DNA of 61,596 nucleotides, from the IMG/VR virus record IMGVR_UViG_3300044858_001325, positions 1 through 61,596 of that record; one strand, given 5' to 3'. The position numbers and the translations under genes were made by a program. The notes below the pieces were generated by a model. That model was not told the DNA's origin. It made no database searches and saw only the letters and a list, made by a program, of their open reading frames with translations. The stretch comes from a virus (Duplodnaviria; Caudoviricetes). Below, piece by piece: positions 19,307-31,400 of the stretch (positions are counted from its first letter, which is position 1; every line of letters begins with the position of its first letter).

Positions 19307-20887
19307 ATGCCAACCAACACCACTACCGTCAGCGGCCAACAATCAATCCCAGAGGTTCTGGAGCCGTACTTTACTGGCGCCGGTACGCCGGGCGGGGCGG
19401 ACTATGTTCCCGGCCTATTGCCCACTGCGCAAGCCCTGTTCTCGCAGGACTACTCCACGGTTTTTAAGCCGCTGCAAGACAAAGGGTTTTTGGGCGAAGG
19501 CCGGATTGCTGGCATTACCGGCACGGACGCGCAGAATGCGCTGAAGACTGGGATCGCGGGGCTGAGCACGCCCGGACAGTTTGCCACTGCGACCAACTAT
19601 ACCTCGCAGGCAGCAGCGGGCCTCAACAACCTGTTGAACGCTTCTGCCTTGAGTGTGGGCGCGCCTGATCTGACCACATATCAGATGGGCCCAACAGCCA
19701 CCGTCAATGCGCCCGCGCTCAACCAGTACAGCATGAATGCGGTCAACGCCAACTACACGCCCAATGCCCAAGGCGCGTCAATGTCGGCGGCTCAAACGTC
19801 GTTCAGGCCGGATCTGACGATGTACCAAATGGAGGCGCCCGAGCAGTTCTCGTCCCAGACTGCCCAGCGTTACATGGATCCGTACATGCAGAATGTGACG
19901 GACATTGCCAAGCGCAAAGCCATTGAAGATGCGCAGCGTCAGCAGTTGGCGGGCAACCTGGGCGCAGGCCGCAAGGGCATGTTGGGCTCATCTGCCAACC
20001 TGTTGGCCAGCACTGAGCGCGAACGGCAAATTGGCTTGCAGTTAGGGGACATTCAAGCTCGCGGCTTGGAGTCGGCCTATCAAAACGCCCAGACGCAGTT
20101 TGAGCGCGACCGCGCGGCCAGCATGGGGGCTGCGCAGCAGAACCTTCAAGCCAAGCTCGGAGTGCAGCAGCTTGGCACCCAGACCGGCCTTCAGGCCGCG
20201 CTGGCCAACCTCAACGCCGATCAGCAGGCGCGCGTGCAGAATCTGGCCGCCCAGCTCCAGACGCAGGGCCTCAACGCGCAGCAGGCTTTGCAGGTTGCCC
20301 TGTCCAACCAGCAGGCCGGGATGACCGCAAACCAGCAGAATCTGGCTGCGCAACTTCAAACGCAGCAGCTTGGGTCTGCCCAAGATTTGCAAGCCCAGCA
20401 GCTTAACCAAGCGGCCATACAGGAGTCTGCGCGCCAAAACTTGGCGGCGGCTCTTGGTGTTCAGCAGCTTGGCGCCCAGCAAAACCTGACCGCTCAACAG
20501 GCCAACCAACAGGCTTCGCTTCAGGCTCAGCAGCAACGGATTGCGGCTGCACAGGGTTTGGGGGGATTGGCGGCGACGACTGGACAACTTGGTGTTGCTC
20601 AGCAGGCTGCGGATCTCGACCGCCTCAAGGCTGTTGGCGCCTACGGCGATCTGGAGCGCGCCTACGCGCAGCAGAAGCTCGACGCGCAGTACCAAGACAT
20701 TTTGCGCCAGATCGGCTACCCGGAGGAGCAATTGGCGAAAATGGCCAACATCCTGCGCGGCGTGCCGCTGGGCGACACCATGACCAATCAGGCGACCACC
20801 ACCCCGCCACCGAGCTTTGCCTCGCAACTGGCGGGCATGGGGCTGTCGGGCCTGAGTCTGTACAACCTGCTGAATAGGGGTGGATGA
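19307..20887 (+). CDS. Gln/Ala-rich DNA pilot / ejection protein
   Basis: YMDPYMQNV motif, QQNLAAQL repeats, hydrophobic C terminus. Confidence 0.65.
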   Translation: MPTNTTTVSGQQSIPEVLEPYFTGAGTPGGADYVPGLLPTAQALFSQDYSTVFKPLQDKGFLGEGRIAGITGTDAQNALKTGIAGLSTPGQFATATNYTSQAAAGLNNLLNASALSVGAPDLTTYQMGPTATVNAPALNQYSMNAVNANYTPNAQGASMSAAQTSFRPDLTMYQMEAPEQFSSQTAQRYMDPYMQNVTDIAKRKAIEDAQRQQLAGNLGAGRKGMLGSSANLLASTERERQIGLQLGDIQARGLESAYQNAQTQFERDRAASMGAAQQNLQAKLGVQQLGTQTGLQAALANLNADQQARVQNLAAQLQTQGLNAQQALQVALSNQQAGMTANQQNLAAQLQTQQLGSAQDLQAQQLNQAAIQESARQNLAAALGVQQLGAQQNLTAQQANQQASLQAQQQRIAAAQGLGGLAATTGQLGVAQQAADLDRLKAVGAYGDLERAYAQQKLDAQYQDILRQIGYPEEQLAKMANILRGVPLGDTMTNQATTTPPPSFASQLAGMGLSGLSLYNLLNRGG

Positions 20888-22401
20888 TGAGCATTCTTGA
20901 CGCACTGAGAGTCCAAAAAGCCAACCAGCAGTCGGTATCACAACTGGCGGCGCTGCCCCAGAACGAGATCATTCGGCTGGCTCAGATGGGCCAGATCCCG
21001 GCGGACGTTGTGCCGGTTGTCATTAACGAGAAGGCGCGCATGGCCAAGGAAGAAGCCAACATGCGTGCGGCGATGCAGATGCAACAGCAGGGGCGCATCC
21101 CTACTGTCATTGAACAGGCCATGCAGGCGAATGCCCAAGCTGAGAGTCCGACCGGCTTACCCGCCGCGATGCCTCCAGCCGCCATGCAGATGCCCGCTCA
21201 AAGCCCCATGCCGCCGCAGGGGCAGCCGCCGCAGGGGATGCCTCCCCAAGGCCAAGAGCAGGGCGTGGCCGCACTTCCTACGGGTGACATGTTCCAAGGT
21301 CAGAATTTCCAAGCTGGCGGGATCGTGGCGTTCAATGGCGAGGATGGTTCTTTTGTGGAGGGCCCAACCGGCCTGATGATTTCGCGCGAGGATGCGCAGC
21401 CCCCAGGCCAAGGCCCAGCCAGTTTGGCCGAGTTCATCAACCAGTACAAGGGCCTGACCGCAAGCTCTCGCACTGAGTCTCCAGAGGAGATTGCCTACCG
21501 CGAGGCCGTCAAGAAGGGCAGTCTGTCGCCAGAAGACATCAAGCAACAGCAGTGGATGCGGATGTTCCAAGCTGGCCTTGGCATCATGGGCGGCGAGTCG
21601 CCGTATGCCTTCACCAACATCGGCAAAGGCAGCCAAGAGGCGCTCAAGGGATACGCCGAGGATCTGCGCGCTCAGCAGGGCCAGCGGATGCTAGATCTCA
21701 AGACGGCAGCAGAATCAGCCAGGGCCAAGCGCAGCGAGGAGCTGCAAGACGTTCAGGGTGGCGCCAAGCTGTACGAGTCCTATCTAGACCGTGAGCTGCG
21801 CGAGAAGATTGCCAAAGACAGCCAACTGGGCGCCAAGTATGCCGACAACTATGTAGCCATGAAGAAGGCCAGTGGCGACAAGCGGCCTGAAGAAGTGATC
21901 CGCGACGAAGGGTTCCGCACGTTCTTCCAAGAGTACGGCTACGCATCGGGCCGGGCCGCAACGACGGCGGCCACCGCAGCCGCCGCGCAAGGCGTGCAGG
22001 CCACCGGCCAAGAAAGATCTGCGAGGGAAACCGCTCTTAGGGAGTGGAACGACCTCAAGATCTCTGACCCGTCCAAGATGGAGCACCGCAGGCTGGCCAA
22101 GAAGGATCAGGAAAATGCGGCAGCGGGCAACCCGACGCGCTTGGCGGAGCAGTATGAAAACGACTGGGTGGGCAGACGCGCCCAGCGGATCATTGGAGCC
22201 CCTGCCGAGGCCCCTGCGCAGGCAGCACCGGCGGCACCGGCAGCCGCCGCAGGCGCTGCTGCTGGTCGCACCAAACCAGACATCAGCAGAATCACGGGTG
22301 CGCCTTCCGGCTCGTCCGTGGGCGATTTTGTGCAAGGCAGAGGATGGGAAATCAAGGACAGAAGCGGTAAGCTAATCGGGTACGCTCCAGTAACGAGGTG
22401 A
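20884..22401 (+). CDS. Putative ejection protein
   Basis: P/Q linker, FQAGGIVAF, helical body. Confidence 0.6.
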   Translation: MMSILDALRVQKANQQSVSQLAALPQNEIIRLAQMGQIPADVVPVVINEKARMAKEEANMRAAMQMQQQGRIPTVIEQAMQANAQAESPTGLPAAMPPAAMQMPAQSPMPPQGQPPQGMPPQGQEQGVAALPTGDMFQGQNFQAGGIVAFNGEDGSFVEGPTGLMISREDAQPPGQGPASLAEFINQYKGLTASSRTESPEEIAYREAVKKGSLSPEDIKQQQWMRMFQAGLGIMGGESPYAFTNIGKGSQEALKGYAEDLRAQQGQRMLDLKTAAESARAKRSEELQDVQGGAKLYESYLDRELREKIAKDSQLGAKYADNYVAMKKASGDKRPEEVIRDEGFRTFFQEYGYASGRAATTAATAAAAQGVQATGQERSARETALREWNDLKISDPSKMEHRRLAKKDQENAAAGNPTRLAEQYENDWVGRRAQRIIGAPAEAPAQAAPAAPAAAAGAAAGRTKPDISRITGAPSGSSVGDFVQGRGWEIKDRSGKLIGYAPVTR

Positions 22402-22404
22402 TGA

Positions 22405-25400
22405 ATGCGATTCGTACCCCTGTCAGAAATTGAAGCGCAGGAGCAAACACTTCAGTTTGTCCCTCTGCAAGCCGAGCCCCCGCCCGCAGCGGAACCTGTT
22501 GTTTCTCCCGAGGAGCTGGCGGCACCGCCCGGCGGTGTTGTGACGCCCGGTGGCGCCGTCATGGTGCCGCCTCGCGTGGGCCGCAGGCCGCCGAGTGAAG
22601 GCGCCCCGGCTGCCGCATCCAGAGATCGCAGTCGCCAACGTGACACCACTGCGGCACCCCCGGCGCCCCCAGTCGCTGCGGCAGCGCCCACTGGGCCCGA
22701 GCTGCGCCCGTGGGAGCCAACCCTGTGGGAGAGGTTCCTCAACCTGTTCCCAGGTGATCGCGCCAAAGCAGCCAATGAGGCGCTGGCCCGTCGCATTGCC
22801 AAGGAAAAGAACATCCCGGTGGACGAAGCCTACCGGCAGATGAAGGAGGCGCTTGGCGTGCGCGGCGTCATGGGCACAAGGCCGTCTGGCCAGCCCATGT
22901 TCAACCCGGAAGGACGCGCTCCGATCAAGGCAACCACTGAGGCTGTGCCGTATGTGGTCGAAGGCATCCTTGACATCCCCAAGGGGATGGCCGAGGCGGC
23001 TTTGCGCGCCTACCGTGCTGGTGACATCGACAGCACGATAGACACCGGGTATGTGGACAGAACCATCACCTACCTTGGCAATGACGCCAAGGACATCTTT
23101 ATCCCCAACTTGCCTGAGCGCATGGGGTTGCGTCGGGATGACCCGAACTACCAAGGCTTCATGGGCTTGGGCAAGAGCCTGGGCTACAGCCTCACCACGA
23201 TGGTGGCATCGGCCATCACAGGCACTGGCGCCACGGCGGCAACCGGCAACCCGATAGTTGGTGTTGGCGCTGGCATGGCCACGTCCGGCACGCTGGCGTA
23301 CCGGGCCAGCAAGGACGACTTCCTTGACCGGCTGCGCACCAAGCTAAACGATGATTCCAAGCGGGTGTTTGGCCGGGCGCTGAGCGCCGCTGACTGGAAC
23401 AAGGCCAAGAAGGAATTCAACGCCGCCGCCGTTGAGTACGGGGCTTGGGAGGCGATCCCGGAGGCCATCAGTAACGCAATCTTCTTGCGGGCCTTTGCTG
23501 CACCGGCCAAGGGGGCGCCCGGCGCCAAGCTGGCTGGGTACATCCAGAAGGCCAATTCGTTCGCTGCCGAGAACCTTACGGAAACGGCCACCGGCATGGG
23601 CCAGAACGCCGCCGAGCTGAAGGCTGGCCTGACCGAGGACGAAATCACGGTTGCGGACGCCTTCAAGCAGCAGTTCATCCAGACGGCCATCACGATGGGC
23701 GTTATGGGTGGCGGCATGAAGGGCAAGGATCTGGCCGTCAAGTTCTACAACGAGCAGGTTCTGCCCAAAATAGATCCGGCCTCCGCACTGGCCAAGGCCA
23801 TCAAGGCGGACATCGATGCCGTGGCATTCAGTCCCCAGGCCATCAAGCAGGAGGCTGCATTCTTGGCCCGCACGGGAGCCCAGCCGCGCACACTGGCCGA
23901 GCTGGCACGGCAGCGCCCCGTGGGCCCAGTGCCGCCCGGAGGTGCGCCCGCCGGAGGAGAGCCGCCAGAGGAGCCTGCTGCACCGCCTGCCGCTGGTCGC
24001 CGAGTGGAGCCCGAGCTGGGTGAGCCAACCGCTGGCCCAGAGGCTGGGGGGCGCATTGAGCCGCGCGTCGATTTCGAGGCCCTGCCACCATCTCAGGGGG
24101 CCGAGCCCAGCCTGACGTTTGTGCCTTTGGATGAGTCGGAAGGCCGGGCAGAACCGACGTTTGCCATCTCGCCTGAAGAAGAAGCCCTGGCCGACCGGAT
24201 TCTGGATTTAGAGTCCCGGCAGTTTGGCCTGTTCACGCCAGACGGAAACCCGCCGCGCGCCGGATCCCCGGATCGCAAACAGTTTGACGACCTTCAAAAC
24301 CAGATCGCCGATGCGCGGGCTGAGCTGTTCAGCTTGCAAACCGGCGAGCCAATCACGCGCCTGCCTGAGATTGCGCCGCCCCGTGAGCCCCGCGCGCCGG
24401 GCGCCCGAGAGGTGCCAACCATCCCCGGTATGCCCACCGGAGAGGAGCTGGCCGAGCAGCCCGCACCGGTAACACCCGTTACCCTGGCTGAAGTGGCCGC
24501 CGCGCCAGCCGTAACACCTGTTACCCCTGCCCAGCCAGCGGTGCCGCAAGGCATCCAGCCCACGACGGCTGCTGTTGCTGTGCCTGAAGCGCCCACCGTG
24601 CCACCGGTCACCAAGCCGCGTGAGTTTGAGCCTGCGCCCCAGAACAACGAGGCCCAGGGCATGACCACGGTGGAGGTGCCGCTGGATCAGCTCACGCTGT
24701 CCACGGACGTTCCCCAGTTCAAGATTGGCGCATCCGCCAAGGGTGTGGTGGAGCCGTTGGGTGGCAAGTTTGAGCGTACCGGCGTGGCACCGATTCAGGT
24801 CTGGCGCAGGCTGGACGGTTCGATGGAGGTGATCTCCGGGCGGCACCGTTTTGATCTGGCGCAGCGCAGCGGTGAGTCAACCATCCCCGCCCAGATTCAC
24901 GATGAGGCCAAAGGGTTCACCCGCGACCATGCAGCAGTGCTTGACGCGGAGCTGAACATCCGCGACGGACAAGGAAAGGCGAAGGATTATGTCAACTACT
25001 TCAAGGAAAGCGGCATCGACCGCGAAACAGCCGAGTCAAGGGGACTACTGGCAAGGGCGACGGGCAAGCGGTCTTTCACCATCGCAACTCAAGGCAGTGA
25101 TGAACTCATTACCGCAGTTCGTGCCGACCAAATTGGCGACGAAGCCGCGTTCTACGTCGCGCTGAATGCGCCCAATGATTCGCGTCTTCAGGCGGTAGGG
25201 ATCAATGCCATCAACGATGGCAAGTCCATGAACACCGCCATCAACATGATGCAGGCGGTCAAGGCTCTTGCTGGTGAGCAGGCCATGACCACCGACATGT
25301 TTGGCTTTGATGACAGCGCGATCCGCGAGGCCGAGGAGATGGCCAAGATCGCTGCGCGCAAACAGCGGGAGATCCAGACCCGCCTGTCGGCCATCAGTGG

Positions 25401-28400
25401 TGCCGCCAAGAACCCTGCGGTGGCCAAGGCCGAGGGCATTGACATCAAGGATCCCGAGGCGGTCAAGCGGCGCATCGATGAGCTGCGCCAGCGCAAGGTA
25501 GCCTGGGACAACTGGTCAACCAGCCCGGAGCTAATTGCAGAGATCCGCACCGAGCGCGGCGTGGCTCCGCCTATGCTGACCCCTGTTGAGCGGCCCGCCG
25601 AGCCGTTGCTGACCGCCCAGACGCCAGAGGAGCTGCGTGAGCGTGCCGAGCAAGAGGCGGCAGAGACAAGGCGCAAGACGCTGGCAGATCAGGAGATGGA
25701 GCGCAAAGAGCGCGCTGATCGGGCCCGTGATGAGTTTGTGCTGACCGGCAGCGACCGGCCTGCTGACGAGGCTGCTGCCCGTGGCCAGGAAGATCTGTTT
25801 GCGGCGCCCCCTGCTGCCGCACCGGCCCCTGCGCCAGCTCCCGCACCAAAAGCCGAGGCAACGGATTCGCAAGATCGCACCATCGGCATGACGCGGGCCC
25901 AGTACCGCGAAGACCAAGCTACGCGCGGGCAGAGCACAAGCGCCGCGCTGGGCGTGAAGCCAGCAGGCATGACTCCCAAGACGCTGTTGGACAAACACGG
26001 AGAGAAGAACGTCCGACTGTTGGCGCGCCTGTATGGCGTGGAGGTCAAAGACAAGAACACGATGGCCCAGAAGCTCATCGACTTGTTCAACGGCATGGCC
26101 ACGATGGATGGCTACACCCAGCCTCAGTTGGAGTCCATGACGCTGGCGAAACTCAAGCCGCTGGCCAACGAAATAGGCACGTCAACAAACGGCTCCAAGG
26201 CAGAAATCATCAGGCGACTGATGGCGTTTGCCCCCAATGCGCGCCGCCAGTTTGAAGACCGTTTGCAAGACCTCAAGCACAGGGCCGCCATCACCAACGC
26301 CGTGCGTCAGGGCAAAGAAATTGCAGATGAAGTTCTGAAGGACTACCCTGAGCTGGTGCTGTACGCCAGAGAGCGCGGCAGCGACATGTACAACAAGGCT
26401 GCCCGCGACATGGCCTTGAAGATGACGCGCGATGTGCGCGGCATGGACATGAAGGCAGAGGCAGAAAACCTGCGCCAATCACTGACCGGCATCGAAGATC
26501 CAAAGGAGCGCCAAGTCACGGAAGACGTGGCCAACGCCATCGATGCGCTGCACCAGAAGATGTTTGGCGAGAAAGAGGCTGAGCCAACGGATGCGCCCGA
26601 TGAAAATGACCCAGGCTTCCGTGGTGCATCGGACGAGGAAGTGTCTGATGTTGCTGATGCGTTCCAAGGCGCCAAACAGGCTCAGGACGCAGATACCATC
26701 ACGCGAGTGTTTGACGCGCCCAAGAAGGCGGACATTGTGCGCATCGAGGAGAAGGCGCGCATCTTTGTCAAGGACGCGGGCTACCTGACTGTTGAGCAGG
26801 CCAAGCAGCGCATTGAGGAGTGGAAGCGTAACGCCCAGGCGCAAGGCGACACACGGCGCAACTCTGAAAAGATCGTCCTGTCTTTGTTTGACATGACCGG
26901 CGAGTGGAGCAAGCCTTGGGATGAAGCCGGGTATCAGGTGTTCCGCTTTGACATCCAAGAAGACCCAGAAATGGGTGATGTCAACAAGTTTTCTGCCGAG
27001 TTCTTCAACGACCTGTATGGCGCGTTTGAAGGTCAGGACATCTACGCCATCCTCGCTGCCTGCCCATGCACTGACTTTGCATCCAGCGGGGCCCGGCACT
27101 TTGCAGCCAAGGATGCCGATGGCCGCACCGTGGAGTCCGTCGAGCTGGTGAGGCAAACCCTGGCCACCGTCGAGTATTTCAAGCCTTCCGTGTGGGCCAT
27201 TGAGAACCCGGTTGGGCGCATTGAAAAGCTGACCGGCCTGCCGCCGTGGAGGCTGTCGTTCAACCCGAACCATTTTGGGGATCCGTACACCAAGAAGACG
27301 CTGCTGTGGGGCCGCTTCAACGCGAACCTGCCCATAGCCCCCGTGGAGCCTGTCGAGGGTTCCAAGATGCACCGCATGTACGGCGGCAAGTCGCAGGAAA
27401 CCAAGAATGCCCGCAGCGTCACGCCGGAGGGGTTTGCCTACGCCTTCTTCCAGGCCAACAATGCCGTGGACAACCCGGTCATGGCATTGGCCAACAAGTA
27501 CGACATGATGTCGCCGGAGGTCTTCCGAGAGGCCGTGGCGGCTGGCATGAGCGACAAGCAAGTCGCTGATGTGGTGGATGACCCCTACTACTTTGGCACC
27601 GACTATCAGGCCGCAGATCGTGCGCTGCTGGATGAGGTGGAGCGCCTGGGCGCCGCGCCGCTGACTGAGCAGCAGATCCAGAATGAGGCGGAGTTCGTGG
27701 AGACAGTGGCCAAGGACGCGATGGAGCGCATGGCCGGTGATTTCATGGTGGGCGATCAGGTTCGGTTTGGCAACACGCCGGGCGTGGTGATCGGACTGGA
27801 GGGCGACTATGTGCGCTTCCGCCCGGATGCAGCCAAGTCGCCCAAGGCATACCAGCGAGTTCTGAAGTCTAACCTGACCTTCGTGGCTCGGCCTGACATC
27901 TCTGGCACGTCGGCCTACTCCAAGGCGCAGGACAACAAGTTTGGCGAGGAGGCCGGGCAGCTCAATGCTGACATGGGCAACTTGATCCAGTTGCTGGGCG
28001 CGAACATGTACGCCGCCAACCTTGCAGACGTGTCCGTGAAGGAGTTGCTGCAAAACGCCTTTGATGCCGTCAAGGGCGCCGTGTCCAGCAAGAAGGCCCA
28101 GTCACTGTACAAGTCTGGCTCGATTGAGATCACGCTCAACACGAGCGACCGCACCATCTCCATTAAGGACAACGCTCGGGGCATGACGCCCCAGATCGTG
28201 CGCGATGCGTTCTTCACTGTGGCCGGTTCAGAAAAGTCTGACCTTGATCCAAGTGAGCGCAGCGGCGGCCTGGGCTTGGCCAAGATGGGCTTCATGCTGG
28301 GCGCTGATCGGCTGCAACTGGACACCGTGCGTGACGGCGTGCGCGTGACCGTGGACACCACGGCCAAGGACATCGCCAACAACAACTTCAAGATCGTCAA

Positions 28401-31400
28401 GTCGCCAGCACCCAAGGGAGAACACGGCACCACTGTTACGGTGCAGATCCCCGAGAAGTACATTGACCCCAAGACTGGTGACGCCAAGGACATCTGGTTC
28501 CCTTGGGGCCTGGACTACATTGACCCGCTGAACAAACCGCTGATCGGGCCCGTTGAGGTCAAGGTCAAGATGCAGTCGTTTGGCGACACCATCGAGAAGA
28601 CGCTCCCAGTGGGCGTGAATTTCCCCGAGGACAAGTTCCAGAAGTTCAAGGCCAACTTTGAATGGGGCTCGGCTGACATCTACTTTGGCGTGGAGCGCAA
28701 GCTGCGCGGCTCTGAGCATCGCGTGTTGTCCAGCGGCGTGTATCAGTTCGATGACCGGTTCCAGATCGGCAACGAGAAAATCCCCTACGACATAATCATC
28801 AACGTCAAGCCAAACGTCGATGCGCGTCACCCTGACTACCCGTTTGAGAACAGCCGCGAGAGGTTCAAGGGCAGGCTCAAAAAAGACATTGAGTCGATGG
28901 AGGCATATCTTGGCCAGATCTCGCGTGGCTACGAGGCCGCTGGTCTGCAAGAGTCGTTCAAGGGCATCGTGTCCATGCCGCGCGTGGAGGCGGGGGCAGA
29001 GATTGCGAGCGTCACCGAGAAGCTGAAGAAGACCTTTGGCACCCAGGGTGCAGAGGCGCCCGCTGAGTTGAAGCCGCTGCCAAAGGAGGTGAGCATCACC
29101 CCTGATGCGGTGACAGATGCGATCACCAAGAAGGTGCTGCTGAAGATTGAGAAGGCCGTCGAGAAGGAAAAGGAGTCTACGTTTGCGGGCGAGAAGGCGC
29201 CCCAGTCCAAGGACTTCCTGATCGATCTCAAGCAGGATCCAAGCCTGCCCATCTTCCACAACAACACCAACGTGGACTATCTGGAGATTGGCCGCAAGTT
29301 TGGCGAGCCAGAGAAGTTCTTTGCCGAGCTTGGCACGCTCATCGTTGAGATGAAGGAAGATCTGGCCAAGAGCGGCATCTACGGCTATGAGGCGCTGGCC
29401 CCCAACAACCTGTTCTTTGGCGGCGTGTCTATCGACAAAGAGTACGGCGGCCTGCACTTGAAGGTGCCATACAAGGCGGTTTTCGTGAACCCCTTCTATG
29501 ACTGGGGTGCTCGCACGCTGTTTGGCGTTCGCCAGAACCTGTTGAACACCATGATCCATGAAATCGCCCACACTGGGTCAATGGATCACGGGGTTGCCCA
29601 CAACGGCCAGATGATCAAAGTCGAGCAGTACCTTTCGGACGAGGGGCTGATCGATTACTACCGGGACGCAATACTTGATGTGCTGCGTCGTCACGAGTCC
29701 GCATTCACCGCGATGAGAGAGGCGTATGGACAATCTACAACGAGAAACACTGCAAAGTCTCTTGAGGCTTACCAAAAAGACGCCGGAGCCGCATCGGCTA
29801 GAGGAGGTGCAGGCGGCGCTGAATACGCGCCTACAGCTCTATCAGAACGAGTCAGACAAGGCCGGGGCGCTGGTGTATCAGAGGCTCAAGCCGCTGGTCG
29901 AGAGGGCGAAGTCGGCGCAGGAGCTGGAGCAACTGGCTTCATAGAGGTTGACGGCGCACAGCGCCCGATTGCAAACAGCAAAGGGCAGCGCATTCACCCG
30001 ACCGACGCCGGGCTGCGCAACTTCTGGCGCTGGTTTGGTGACTCGCAAGTGGTTGATGCCCAGGGCAGGCCGCTGGTGGTCTACCACGGCACGGGCTTCA
30101 CCCAGGCTGGTGACGCCATCGTGTCCTTCCAGATGAGTGCTGGCCTGTACGGCGCAGGTGCATATTTCAGCGGCAACCCCGAGCGCGCGGCCAACTACGC
30201 CAAGGCTGGTCAAGGCACCGTCTACCCGGTCTACGTTCGGTTGACCAACCCCATTAGCATTGATGACTACATCGAGCGGTTTGAAGGCACAACGCGCAGC
30301 GATGAGCGCGCATGGGATGCCCGGCAGGAGCTGCTGAACGACGGCGTGGACGGCGTGCTCAGTGAGCCCCGTGGGCCTACCCGCTTCTGGGAAGTGGTGG
30401 CGTTCAACGAGAACCAGATCAAGTCGGCCATCGGTAACCTTGGTACGTTCAACCCGGACTCGCCCAGCATCATCCAGAGCATTGAGCCTGCCGCCATTGG
30501 TGCGGTCGAGCCCTACAGTGATCAGGATGTGCTGGACTCCGAGCAACTGCGCAAGGAGCGGATCAAAGAGTACGCCACCCTGCGCGCCCAACTGGCCAGG
30601 GTGCCCAAGGAGGTGGCCGCTGGCCGTGCTGGCCTTGAGATGCAGGAAACTGTGTCCAGGCTGCTGGATCGCGCCCGCAACCTTCAATTCACCATCAAGG
30701 CGACCAAGCCCCGCCGTGACAGCGCCGAGCAGTTCTTGGCCAAGGCTTTGACCGAGTACGACGCTGGCAACATCTCTGCCGACGTGCTGGAGGTCATCCA
30801 AGCTGCCTACGCCAAGACGCCCGATCTGCTGGAAGGCTTGCTGCTGCGCGTGCGTGCGGCGCCCAAGGGGGGCATGGCTGCCGGTGACTTTATGCCGTGG
30901 CAGCGGATCATCCGCCTGTACAAGGGCACGTCTGGCGTGCGCAACCCAGCCACCATCCGGCACGAGCTGGCCCACACGCTTGAGCAGATGATGACGCCCG
31001 AGCAGCGCATGGCTTTGGTGCAAGCCTGGGGCAAGGCCCTGTCTCGCGCCATCAAGCAAAACCCGGACGAGCTGCACCAGAAGTATTTCAACGCGGTGCT
31101 GGACTTCTTGGACAACCCGACCAATGCCAGCTATCGCAAGGCGCAGGAGGCGCTGCCCAGCTACGACATGTACCAGTTCATCAACCCGTCGGAGTTCTGG
31201 GCGGTCAACGCCGAGAAGCTGATGGCGGCCCAACTGGGTGGCGCATGGGACAAGTTCAAGCGCGCCGTCCGCCGCATGTGGGAAGGCGTCAAGAGCGTCT
31301 TGGGCTTTGACAACCGCTCCGAGATTCACAGGGTATTTGGCCAAGTGATGGGCGGCAGCCGGGAGCGCCTTGGCGAAGACATGCTGGTGGACATGGTGTC

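Noticed and set aside
30433-30445. GTAACCTTGGTAC near-match to the palindrome
   Set aside because: One mismatch with an N3 spacer; could be chance, so it was not counted.
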